From: Armatimonadota bacterium
Lineage (GTDB): Bacteria; Armatimonadota; UBA5829; DTLH01
Reading direction: 5' to 3'
NCBI GenBank assembly: GCA_038207085.1
Contig: JBBRAE010000001.1
Location: forward strand, 96,001 to 160,000
Length of the DNA stretch: 64,000 bases
The notes below the pieces were generated by a model. It did not search any database. It was not told the DNA's origin and was given only the letters and a program-made list of their open reading frames with translations. Every line of letters starts with the position of its first letter. Position 1 is the first letter of the stretch. Below, piece by piece: positions 10,388 to 19,827 of this stretch. The translations under genes and the position numbers were made by a program.

Positions 10388-10969
10388 TTAGCGCCTGGTC
10401 GCGAACATCTCTCCGTGGCCTGGAATTATATAGTCGGCTGAACTGAGAATCTTGCTGCGGCTTGCCTCGTGGAGGCGGGGGTTGCGGCTCATTGCGCGCC
10501 ACGCGTCTTCGTCGTGCTCATCTTCGAACAGATCGCCGACGATTGCGACTTTGCCATTCGGCGTCGAGACCATAAGGCTTACGTCTTCGCCGGTGTGTCC
10601 CGGGGTGGGGAAGACTTCGAGACCATCAGCGAGCACGTAGGGCTTACCTGCGCCGAACCCGTGGATGGTGTAGAGGTCGCCCCGACTGATGTCGAACCCG
10701 GATATGATGAGCGCGTCCGGGAACAGGTTGAGGTTGCCGGCGTGATCAGAATGCCCGTGACTGCATACAACTGTGTTGATGTCCTCAGGGCGAACGCCTT
10801 CGTCCCTAAGTGCTTGGGTAAGAAGCTCCCGGTCCTGAGGTCCTCCAGTTTCGAACAACACATTGATACCACCTCGGACAAGCGTTATGGAGCACCCCGC
10901 ACGCACCTGATTTGCCGAGACAGTATCGCAGTAACCAACTCTGATTAGCTTTACGCTGAAATCTTGCAC
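10388..10969 (-). CDS. MBL-fold metallo-hydrolase, MBLAC1-like
   Basis: VCSHGHSDHAGNLNLF, TPGHTGED, VGDLFE, IIPGHG. Confidence 0.8.
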   Translation of the reverse strand: MQDFSVKLIRVGYCDTVSANQVRAGCSITLVRGGINVLFETGGPQDRELLTQALRDEGVRPEDINTVVCSHGHSDHAGNLNLFPDALIISGFDISRGDLYTIHGFGAGKPYVLADGLEVFPTPGHTGEDVSLMVSTPNGKVAIVGDLFEDEHDEDAWRAMSRNPRLHEASRSKILSSADYIIPGHGEMFATRR

Positions 10970-12745
10970 TTACTTGGCCATTCTCATCAACTTCACCAAC
11001 TGGTCAGCACTTACGAACCCTATAGACCTTGCAGCAGGGAGCTCTTTGCCGCTTGAGTCGAAGAAGAGAATGGTCGGAGGGCCGGGCACTCGATACTTCT
11101 TGATCAATGCCTGGATTTCAGCGTTACCATCGTTGGTGACGTCGGCTTTGAGAAGAACGAAACGTTTCGACTCTTTCTTGACCGAAGGGTTCGGGAAAGT
11201 CTTGTGTTCGATCTCCTTGCAGTATGTGCACCAGTCCGCTGTAAAGTCGATCATCACCGGCAGGCCGTCACTTGCGGCTTTGGCCAGGGCTGTATCAGAA
11301 TACGGCGCAAAGTTGATCGACTGAGTCGGCACCCTGGCGCTCGGCATGTTGAAGAGGCCAATCGCAAGCAGTACGACGCCGGTCATCTTCCTGGCGGACT
11401 TCAGCTTGGGAACCTTGCGCAGGCTGGGCTCAAGCCAGCCGATATAGAAGCCCGAAAGCATGATCACAAGCGGCAGGAGCGTGTCTGCATACTTATCTGA
11501 AAACTGGGTGCGCACTATAGGGGTAACAAAATACGTCGCTGCCCCGATCAGAAGAAGCCCGAACACTTTGCGTACGGTCACCATCCACATTCCAGCCTGT
11601 GGAATCCGATGAATCGCACCGGAGAACATCGCAAGAAAGAACAGGGGCGTGCCCATACCGAGCGCGAGCATGAAGAATGTGAAGAACCCAAATACAGGCT
11701 TTCCGACCTTGGCGACGTAAACGAGCAGGCTCACAGTGACAGGGCCAACGCACGGCGCTGCGACGATTCCAAACACCAGCCCCATAAGGAGCGCCCCGAC
11801 AGGCCCGCTTCGTCCCTGAGCGCGGGAGGCGATCCAGTTCGGCGGCTTGAGTTCATAAAGGCCGAACATCGAAAGCGCGAGGACTATGAGAATCGCGGCG
11901 ATTCCCACCGGGATATACGGGTTCTGAAGCGCTGCGCCAAACACACCGCCGGTTCGGGCCGCGACTACTCCGAGGGCTGAGTATGTCGTCGCAATTCCAA
12001 GCACGTAGCACGCCGCGAGAAACGCCACACGCCCGGTCCGCTTTTCCGACTGCATCCCAAAGTAACCGAGAGTCACCGGAACCATCGGATAAACGCAGGG
12101 AGTAAAGCACAAACCCAGGCCGAGCAGATACATCATCGCGAATCCGAATATCGCGCCGCGTCCAAAGATGGCATCCACCCGACTCTGGCTACCTGCGGAG
12201 GGCTTGTCTGAGGGAGTGACGTCCGTGTTCGCCGTGGAAACCTTCTCACCAGGCCCAATGATGCGGGCTTTGACTGTAATTGGAACCTTGGCAGGCATCG
12301 TGCATGTTGTGTCGTTGCAGGCCTGATAGCTGAACACAGCACTCAGCACTCGGTCTCCGAGTTTTACGTCTTTTGCGACGTGTCCGGTTACAAATATCGT
12401 GAAAGCACCATCATATACCGAAAGCTTCTCGCCGCCGGCAAACCCGAATGCAATCATCTTTGCAGCAGGGTATACCGGCGCATCAAACTTCACTCCAGGT
12501 GCGGGCTTGATGGCGAGCTTCGATGGAATGCCGGGATCTTTGACAGTTGCAGACCCGATGTGGAACCCGTCCCTCACGCGAACTTTGACGGCAAGTTTGA
12601 AGTCGCCTCCCGCGTGGAGAGCGTTCTGGGAGAGCATAGCCTCTGCGGTGACGATGTCTTTGGTGGCACTTTCTGAGAACACCGTCATCGAGGGAATAAG
12701 AAGAAGCAGCGCTAAGCATGCAGTTAACCTGGACAACATAGACAC
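10970..12745 (-). CDS. dsbD: Protein-disulfide reductase DsbD (N-domain, TM domain, thioredoxin domain)
   Basis: YQACNDTTC, FTPCVYPM, AAPCVGP, DFTADWCTYCK. Confidence 0.9.
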   Translation of the reverse strand: MSMLSRLTACLALLLLIPSMTVFSESATKDIVTAEAMLSQNALHAGGDFKLAVKVRVRDGFHIGSATVKDPGIPSKLAIKPAPGVKFDAPVYPAAKMIAFGFAGGEKLSVYDGAFTIFVTGHVAKDVKLGDRVLSAVFSYQACNDTTCTMPAKVPITVKARIIGPGEKVSTANTDVTPSDKPSAGSQSRVDAIFGRGAIFGFAMMYLLGLGLCFTPCVYPMVPVTLGYFGMQSEKRTGRVAFLAACYVLGIATTYSALGVVAARTGGVFGAALQNPYIPVGIAAILIVLALSMFGLYELKPPNWIASRAQGRSGPVGALLMGLVFGIVAAPCVGPVTVSLLVYVAKVGKPVFGFFTFFMLALGMGTPLFFLAMFSGAIHRIPQAGMWMVTVRKVFGLLLIGAATYFVTPIVRTQFSDKYADTLLPLVIMLSGFYIGWLEPSLRKVPKLKSARKMTGVVLLAIGLFNMPSARVPTQSINFAPYSDTALAKAASDGLPVMIDFTADWCTYCKEIEHKTFPNPSVKKESKRFVLLKADVTNDGNAEIQALIKKYRVPGPPTILFFDSSGKELPAARSIGFVSADQLVKLMRMAK

Positions 12746-12885
12746 AATCGCCTCCAGCGAGAGTCGAAATTAGTTAATCCATTATACCACGTATACCACA
12801 AGAGGCGTTGTTGGGAGCATGAGGTGCAGAAATATAACGGGCGCAGGACACCAACCGCCTGCACCCGTTGTGTAGCTTTGTATAA

Positions 12886-13794
12886 CTATATGCGTGAGAG
12901 CATATCCCGAGCTTCTGCGTTGTCCGGGTCGGTATCGAGCACCTTGCGGTACTGATCAGCGGCGGCATCGGTGTCGCCTAGCGCGACGTGCGATGCGGCT
13001 GCACTCAGTCTCGCTGCAATGAAATTGCTATTGATCACGATTGCGCGTGAGAACTCCGCAAGCGCACTCTCGTGCTGTCCTGCTGCGGCATGGGCCATAC
13101 CAAGCCAGTTGCGGATATCAGCGTAGCTGGGCTGAATGCTGAGCGCCCGCTCGAAATCAGACGCGGCTGCTGAGTAATCGCCACGTTTGAAGTGATCTTT
13201 GCCCAGTTTGTAGTGATAGGAAAGATCCTCTACATTGGTCCGCCCGAGCGACTCAAGCTCCGCAAGAGCCTTTCTCCAGTGTCCGGCCTTGTGAGAAGCC
13301 TGCACCTGCCTGTATATTTTGTGCGAGTAACCAGCTTCGATTTCGACGGCTCGATTGATAAGAGAGATACCCCCATCACGGTCGCCTGTACGGTACGTCA
13401 GCACGCCCAGCTCAAACAGCGCTTTTCCGTAACGCGGATTGAGACCAAGCGCGGCCTGATACTCACCCATCGCGCCTGCCGTATCACCCTTTTGCTCGAG
13501 CACCGAAGCGAGGTGATAGTGCAGGTCGGGGTACCTTGTGTTGATGCTGATCGCTCGGCGCAGATCGCTCTCCGCGCGGTCGACAGCACCCCGGTGTGCG
13601 CGGTCGATTCCAACCAGCGCATACGACTCACCAAGGTAGAAGCGTGCCAGCCGACACACGGGTTCCTCCACCGGGCACGTTCCCGTAATGTGTTCGAATT
13701 CGGCTATTGCCTCAATATACAGCCCCTGATCGAAGAACTCGATCCCCTTGCTGTAGTGCTCATTAATGTCCTGCGTAAACCACACGTCTTTCAC
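12886..13794 (-). CDS. Tetratricopeptide-repeat protein
   Basis: Repeated TPR-like units (YPDLHYHLA, ALGLNPRY, YADIRNWLG, DPDNAEA). Confidence 0.85.
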   Translation of the reverse strand: MKDVWFTQDINEHYSKGIEFFDQGLYIEAIAEFEHITGTCPVEEPVCRLARFYLGESYALVGIDRAHRGAVDRAESDLRRAISINTRYPDLHYHLASVLEQKGDTAGAMGEYQAALGLNPRYGKALFELGVLTYRTGDRDGGISLINRAVEIEAGYSHKIYRQVQASHKAGHWRKALAELESLGRTNVEDLSYHYKLGKDHFKRGDYSAAASDFERALSIQPSYADIRNWLGMAHAAAGQHESALAEFSRAIVINSNFIAARLSAAASHVALGDTDAAADQYRKVLDTDPDNAEARDMLSRI

Positions 13795-13854
13795 TATGGC
13801 CCCCTTGGGAGATTCCGGCAGAAAACATCAGCGAAAGATCGGGTCGGCTCATGT

Positions 13855-14285
13855 TCAGATGGACGCTGCTATTTCTCGTTTGGCCCTAAGGGGTTCAACT
13901 TCGGAGAATAATCCGTTTCCGTTGGTCCCTTTGGCCTTGGCCCATCTGCCCACGCAGTAGTATTCGAACCCAAACTTCCTCATCCGCTGAGGGTCGTAGA
14001 CGTTTCTACCATCAAATATTATCGGTTGTGACATCTGATCCTTCAGTCTATCTGGGTTAAGAAGTTTAAATTCATTCCATTCTGTTACGATTGCAAGCGC
14101 ATCAGCCCCTTCCGCGGCACAATACGGGCTCTTGCAGTACTCGATTTGGGGGAAAATCTTGCGCGCATTCTCTGATGCGATAGGTTCTAGGCCTTGACGA
14201 TCGCCCCATGGGAGAGGAGACTCGCGATAATATCGATCGACTTTGCGTCGCGCATGTCGTCAGTGTTTGGCTTGAAGGCCAGTCC
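13855..14285 (-). pseudogene. ugd: UDP-glucose/GDP-mannose dehydrogenase C-terminal remnant (5'-truncated, 1-nt frameshift)
   Basis: Not in the ORF track. Reads GLAFKPNTDDMRDAKSIDII...VKA, then after a frameshift near 14188 EPIASENARKIF...GADALAIVTEWNEFK...IIFDGRNVYDPQRMRKFGFEYYCVGR. Confidence 0.88.
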
Positions 14286-14296
14286 TTATGCTTGTT

Positions 14297-14351
14297 GGGT
14301 GGTGATTTCCGAATCGCCACCCCAAAGCTAACACGGGATTCCCAAATCCCG
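14297..14351. repeat. Pair of related short hairpins (REP-like) at the ugd breakpoint
   Basis: GGGTGGTGATT-TCCG-AATCGCCACCC and CGGGATT-CCCA-AATCCCG share a GATTYCCRAATC core. Confidence 0.4.
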
Positions 14352-14499
14352 AATGGCGTAATGCATGGCAATTGACCCACTAGATCGGTGCGAGCAGAAG
14401 ACATGACGCGGTAAAGCGAACACACATATCATTCACCCATTGTAGCAGCAGGTCACAAGCACGAAAACGAGCGCGGATGGGAGTTTTGGGGTGACAAGG

Positions 14500-17400
14500 C
14501 TACTCTCTATCTCGCTCAATGATGACCACTGCGGCATCATCCGCAAGTAGTCCTCCGCACAAGTCCAATGCGGCTTCGAACAGCGTTTCCAGGGTTTTTT
14601 CCGGCGGATAGTGGCGGCATTTCTCCAGAGTGCTCGTTATCCCTTCAATGTCGAACATCTTGGACGCGCTTCGCGCTTCGCTGATGCCGTCAGTATACAT
14701 AACAAGCAGATCGCCCGCAGCAAGATTCGACTCATACTGCTGATAGTCAACCTGGCCTGCCACTCCAATCGGAAACTGTCCATAATTCAGCAGATCCACC
14801 TTACCACTTGCCCTGCGAACCATTGTTGGAGGGTGACCGGCATTGGCGTAGGTGAACTCGCCCGTTTCAGGATCCAGCACAGCAAGTAAGGCGGTGGCGA
14901 AATGCTCGGACATTGGACTCTGGTTGATGACGGCATTAGCGTGAGTCAGCGCCTGTGCCGGGTCGCCGAGGTCGTAGGCGAACGCACGGACCGTGCTGCG
15001 GATGGAATTGGCAAGCGCCGCTGCCTCTATCCCCTTGCCTGAGACATCACCTATCAGTATCGCGGTCCGGCCGTCCTCTGTCTCGAACACATCATAAAAG
15101 TCGCCGCCGATAGACTTACCGACAGCCCCGGCGATGAACCTGGCCGCCAGCTTATACCCCGCCGTTTCGTGTGGTTTGCCCGGAAGCAGCGTCTTCTGCA
15201 GCAAGCTGTGGTCTTCCACCAGTATCAGTCTGGCCATTTCCGCTTCGAGCTTTGCCTGGCGTTCCGATTCGTAGAGACGGGAGTTGGTGAGAGCCAATGA
15301 AACGGCAAGCCCCAGCTTGTGAGCGAAGTCCAAGTCGGCATCGGTGAAGGTGATGGGGTTTGATGTGCTGACAAGTGAAAGCACCCCCAGTAGTTTGCCT
15401 ACCGCTAACAATGGTATCCCGAGGATCGATTGCATACCGTAGTCTTTGCACATCTCGGAACAGATGCCCGGGTCCTTGCTGGTATCGTTTATCGCCGTAG
15501 GCTCCGTTGTTTCCGAGATAAGCGCATGGTAAGGCGCCTGTTCCGCTGTGAATCGCACACCAAGCTGCAGCTTCTCTTTATCGGATACGTACCGCACTAC
15601 CCACTGATCGTCCTCGCACACCACAATCATCCCTAACTCAACGCCAATTGCCTCCGCTGCTTTCACGACGACTGTGCGCATAACCTTATCGAAGTCGAGG
15701 GAGGAGTTTATGGCCACGTGGATAACGTTAAGGGCACGGCTGAGGCTCCCACTCTTCAGCAGCATTTGCTCCCAGTGCTTAAGCTGGGTGATATCGCCGA
15801 ACGTGATCACGACACCATCTATAACGTTGCCCAGCGCAAGGTAGGGCATGATACGCATGATGAACCAACGGCCGTCATTGCTCTCTACCTGGCGTTCGTG
15901 GGGCGTGAGAGTGTCCAGCACCTCGTGTACATCCTGCTCGATGGTCTCATATCTTAAAATCTGTGTAATATCGGTTATCGGCCGCCCTACATCGATGGTG
16001 CGAAGGTTGAATGTGCCCACCACCGCCGGGGTGAACCGCTTGATGCGCAGTTCGACATCGAGGAAGATCGTAGCGACTTGCGTGCTGTTCATCAGGTTCA
16101 CGATATCGTTGTTCAGGGCGGTTACATCATAGACTTTGGACTGGAGTTCGGTGTTAAGTGTAACCAGTTCCTCGTTTAGCGACTGCATTTCTTCCTTGGA
16201 CGTAGTTAGTTCTTCGTTGGTGCTTTGAAGCTCCTCGTTGGTTGACTGCAGTTCCTCGTTGGATGATTTCAGCTCCTCGGAAGTCGAGTCCATCTCTTCC
16301 AGCGTAGCCTGCAGCCGCTCTTTTGTGTGTGAAAGCTCCCTATTCAGCTCTGTATTTGTGGCGTCGGAATCATCTGAGGACTTCGTCGCTGTTTCGACCG
16401 TCTCGGGCGGCACTGCATCCTCGAATGTCACTACCAGCAGCTCGCCTTCATTGTCCGGTTGCTGCAGGGGCCTTACTGTGACGTTCACAACCTGGTAGTC
16501 GCCGTTGGTCTTGACGCTCAGGCCATTTAGGACCACCTCGGTCTTATGGGTGCTGGCTCTGTGAATAGCGCCCGGCAACTCGAGCCTCAACCCCTCGCGG
16601 GCCATGGCGCTGACGGTCCAGTTGGCCTTTCCCTCAGCCGGTTCCAGATACTTTCCGGTTTTTCCGCTTACAAGCAGTATGTCGCCACTGGCGTTGACGA
16701 CAACTGATGGAGGAGCGTATCGCTCCAGCAGTGTCCGACGCAGTGCCTCTCCAACGACCGTAGTGACTTCCGTCTCCAGTTTTTGTGACTTGTGAGCCAA
16801 GGCAAATGGAGCACGAGAAGGAATCTCCATCAACTGTGTCCGAGTCGCCACCGAGTCATTACGCCTGTAAACTTTACACTTGCCGTCAATTGTAGAGAAT
16901 AGCTCATCGAAGCCCCCGATGCCTTCTGCTGTGCCCAGGAAAAGAACTCCTCTGGGGTTCAGTGCGTAATGGAAGATTGGAATGACCTTCTTCTGCAGCT
17001 CAGGACCAAAGTAAATCAAAAGGTTTCTGCAGGAGACTATATCCATCCTGGTGAAGGGTGGGTCCGCCGTCAAGTCCTGCGGCGCGAAGACGACTGTGTC
17101 CCTGATCATCTTATTGATCATGTAGCTGTCATCGACTGCGATGAAGAATCCCCGCAGACGTTCCTGTGATACATTGGCCTCAATGTTGGCGGGATAGAGC
17201 CCTTTGCGGGCCACCCCAATAGCCCGTTCGTCGATGTCCGTTGCAAATACCTGTATCTTGATTCCGGCGTTTGGTCGCAGCCTGTCCAAGCATTCCCTCA
17301 GGATAATCGCCAGGGAATACGCCTCTTCGCCGGTGGAGCAGGCCGGCACCCATGCCCTGATCGAACCTTCCTCCGCAGCGCTATTCACGACATCAGGAAT

Positions 17401-18309
17401 GACCTCGTCCTGCATGAATTGGAACGCCGCCGGATCCCGGAAGAACTGGGTTACCCCTATCAGCAGTTCTTTGAAGAGGGCATCAGCCTCCCCCGAGCTT
17501 TGCTCCAAGTAGCTGGCGTAATTAGATATCCCGCTGACTTGCATTAGGCCGGCGCGCTTTTCGATCCGCCGGTAGAGAGTGCTCTTCTTGTAAAGGGAAA
17601 AATCATGGCCGGTGCGAACGCTCAGCAGGCGTACAATCTTCTGCAACGCCCCGGGACGATGATCTTCACTCTCCAAAGCCTCTTCGCGCAATATTGGAAC
17701 GTGGTTGATGTATGCGATGAGCTCTTTGGGTAGATCGTCAATCGGCGCAACACGATCCACCTGTCCTGTGCCGATGGCGCTTCTGGGCATTCCGTCGTAA
17801 TTTGCCGAGTCGGGGTTTTCCACCAGAACAACACCGGAGACTTCCTTGATGGCCCTCAGCCCGAGTGTGCCGTCGGTGCCCATACCGGAAACGATGACCG
17901 CGATACTCTTGTCACCACACTCAGCGGCCAGACTCTGGAAGAACGAGTCAATTGGCAGGCGATGGCCGTGTGACTCGGAAGGCTCGCTTAGGTGAAGGCG
18001 TCCGTCGGAAATCGAGAGGTCGGTGTTTGGAGGGATAATATAGATGTGATTTTGCTCGACCGTAACCCCGTCCTTAACCTGTCGGACGGGCATTGTTATG
18101 GAACGCTGCAGCAGCTCAGGCATAAGGGACTCATGGGTCGGGTCAAGATGCTGGACAACCACGAAAGCCATACCGGTATCGGGCGGAATGCCGGCGAAGA
18201 AGCGCTCGAATGCCTCCAGCCCGCCTGCCGATCCGCCGATGCCCACGATGTAGCTCGGGGCCTCTCTTGTATCGATCGGTGAACCCACTGTCTTTTTTTG
18301 TTCATTCAT
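14500..18309 (-). CDS. CheB methylesterase-CheR methyltransferase-coiled coil-PAS-GAF-SpoIIE (PP2C) phosphatase hybrid
   Basis: GIGGSAGG/VVQH/GMGTDG (CheB); VTQFFRD, ACSTGEEAYS, SCRNLLIYF (CheR); SNEELQSTNEE coiled coil; PAS; GAF; GGDFYD, IGDVSGKG, NAGHPP, YTDGISE, DDAA (PP2C). Confidence 0.9.
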   Translation of the reverse strand: MNEQKKTVGSPIDTREAPSYIVGIGGSAGGLEAFERFFAGIPPDTGMAFVVVQHLDPTHESLMPELLQRSITMPVRQVKDGVTVEQNHIYIIPPNTDLSISDGRLHLSEPSESHGHRLPIDSFFQSLAAECGDKSIAVIVSGMGTDGTLGLRAIKEVSGVVLVENPDSANYDGMPRSAIGTGQVDRVAPIDDLPKELIAYINHVPILREEALESEDHRPGALQKIVRLLSVRTGHDFSLYKKSTLYRRIEKRAGLMQVSGISNYASYLEQSSGEADALFKELLIGVTQFFRDPAAFQFMQDEVIPDVVNSAAEEGSIRAWVPACSTGEEAYSLAIILRECLDRLRPNAGIKIQVFATDIDERAIGVARKGLYPANIEANVSQERLRGFFIAVDDSYMINKMIRDTVVFAPQDLTADPPFTRMDIVSCRNLLIYFGPELQKKVIPIFHYALNPRGVLFLGTAEGIGGFDELFSTIDGKCKVYRRNDSVATRTQLMEIPSRAPFALAHKSQKLETEVTTVVGEALRRTLLERYAPPSVVVNASGDILLVSGKTGKYLEPAEGKANWTVSAMAREGLRLELPGAIHRASTHKTEVVLNGLSVKTNGDYQVVNVTVRPLQQPDNEGELLVVTFEDAVPPETVETATKSSDDSDATNTELNRELSHTKERLQATLEEMDSTSEELKSSNEELQSTNEELQSTNEELTTSKEEMQSLNEELVTLNTELQSKVYDVTALNNDIVNLMNSTQVATIFLDVELRIKRFTPAVVGTFNLRTIDVGRPITDITQILRYETIEQDVHEVLDTLTPHERQVESNDGRWFIMRIMPYLALGNVIDGVVITFGDITQLKHWEQMLLKSGSLSRALNVIHVAINSSLDFDKVMRTVVVKAAEAIGVELGMIVVCEDDQWVVRYVSDKEKLQLGVRFTAEQAPYHALISETTEPTAINDTSKDPGICSEMCKDYGMQSILGIPLLAVGKLLGVLSLVSTSNPITFTDADLDFAHKLGLAVSLALTNSRLYESERQAKLEAEMARLILVEDHSLLQKTLLPGKPHETAGYKLAARFIAGAVGKSIGGDFYDVFETEDGRTAILIGDVSGKGIEAAALANSIRSTVRAFAYDLGDPAQALTHANAVINQSPMSEHFATALLAVLDPETGEFTYANAGHPPTMVRRASGKVDLLNYGQFPIGVAGQVDYQQYESNLAAGDLLVMYTDGISEARSASKMFDIEGITSTLEKCRHYPPEKTLETLFEAALDLCGGLLADDAAVVIIERDRE

Positions 18310-18626
18310 TATCTGTATATCCTGCGGCTAAGCCGAATGGAGTAGAACACCCCGAATCGCCACTGTCGGGCACGACTACCCTCGCGAACCCAAACAACCT
18401 TTACAGTATATCCGAAGTATACGAAAACTATCCCATCTGTATGGCCGCCACTGACATACAGTATACGCTTATTTTGGTGATAAAGTCTACGGCCCATGGC
18501 GTCCCCAAAATGGCGATTGCTTGCGACCGAATCTTGCCCCGTAGTTGAAATATGTTTGACAGGCTCAGCATTTGGGGCATATTACACCATCAGACGGGAA
18601 GTCACCCGCAAAGGAATCGCAAGATT

Positions 18627-19073
18627 ATGAAACGAACTCCACTTCTCCTAAAGGGACTTATCTTCTTAGTTGCCCTTACAACGTTGAGCATGGTGTCAGT
18701 GTTCGCGACAGCAGCCGGATCGAAAGCTCAGGAAGCCCGCTACAACAAGTCGGTAATGCACGTGACGATTGCTCTTACGGGCAAAGGCATTGTCGCAACG
18801 CCCGCCTCGCTAAAGCCTGGCAACCACCTGCTTACCATCAAGAACAACACCAAAGACTCCCGTGGCATTGAGATGATCGGCATAGACAAAGCTGGCTCCC
18901 CGACCGTGCGTTACACCAAAATACTTAAGCCCGGGAAGAGCGAAGCGTTCAGATGGTACTTCGCTGAGGGCAATACTGTCTACGTCAGGGATATCATGAG
19001 TTGCAGCCATGATAAGATGAACTGTACGGTGGTGGGTTTTGGCCAGATGCGTAAGGCCATACATGTCAGATAA
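18627..19073 (+). CDS. Secreted hypothetical protein (possible cupredoxin-like beta-sandwich)
   Basis: Signal peptide from ATG 18627; PASLKPG...LTIKN...LKPGKS pattern. Confidence 0.5.
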   Translation: MKRTPLLLKGLIFLVALTTLSMVSVFATAAGSKAQEARYNKSVMHVTIALTGKGIVATPASLKPGNHLLTIKNNTKDSRGIEMIGIDKAGSPTVRYTKILKPGKSEAFRWYFAEGNTVYVRDIMSCSHDKMNCTVVGFGQMRKAIHVR

Positions 19074-19107
19074 CAGCCACACACAACAGTCCATTGAGGG
19101 CCTTACA

Positions 19108-19542
19108 ATGAAAAAGCACATCAATATAACAGTTTTTACAGTTCTCTTGGCCGCACTTGCCTGTTCAATCGCCTGGTCAGATGGACCTCGGGAGGTCAGG
19201 CTCGGGAACGAACTCCTCCTGAGAGTAAGGTGCGCTGCGGGAGGTTATTCGGTCGATGAGCGAGCGGATGCGCTCCAATCTCGGGCAAACAACCTGCTGC
19301 AAGGTGGCAAGAATGTCAGAGCGTTCAGTGTAAGGCGAGCTGGCACAGATTCCAACATCTACGCTGACGACAAGTTCTTTATGACGGTGACGCCCGCCGA
19401 TGCCAAGGCGAACGGCACAACCAGCGAGACGCTGGCCAATATCTGGGCGGAACGCCTCCGCTTAATCTACCCCAAGTCTACCCCGGATATGGCTGGAGTC
19501 GGCAGGCCAGGTCAAGTGGACGCGCCGGACAACGCACAGTAA
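19108..19542 (+). CDS. Secreted hypothetical protein
   Basis: Signal peptide MKKHINITVFTVLLAALACSIAWS; GAGG upstream. Confidence 0.6.
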   Translation: MKKHINITVFTVLLAALACSIAWSDGPREVRLGNELLLRVRCAAGGYSVDERADALQSRANNLLQGGKNVRAFSVRRAGTDSNIYADDKFFMTVTPADAKANGTTSETLANIWAERLRLIYPKSTPDMAGVGRPGQVDAPDNAQ

Positions 19543-19584
19543 GTAAGGGACCGCGCAGGTAGCGCCCTCGGCCCGGAATAACAG

Positions 19585-19665
19585 CTAACCCGCTTTATTC
19601 GTGAAGAGAACAAAGCTTTCGCTAACAGAGCATTATTCACTCTACTCGTGAATAATGCGGGCTAA
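19585..19665 (+). mobile_element. 73-bp MITE-like element, copy 2, with CTAA/CTAA flanks
   Basis: CTAA|CCCGCTTTATTCG...AATAATGCGGG|CTAA. Confidence 0.85.
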
Positions 19666-19827
19666 CTCTCTTGGTGCACCGGCAGTTTGCTGCCCCCATG
19701 CATTCCAGCATCGAACGCTGGAACACCTACTCCGGCTGGAAGCCATCGACCTCTGTTGAGTCCGATTGCCTTTAAGCACGCTAACTCTGGCAAAACACTT
19801 GTAAAGTGAACAAGATAGGACAATATT

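Noticed and set aside
13962..13971. ATTCGAACCC matching the tRNA-Glu T-arm as a distal att site
   Set aside because: Only 10 bp, it extends toward the wrong (5') side of the tRNA, and it lies in ugd coding sequence (GFEY). Probably chance.
16140..16320. Tandem nucleotide repeats in the CheBR gene
   Set aside because: They encode the standard (S/T)NEELQ heptad coiled coil of CheB/CheR fusions.
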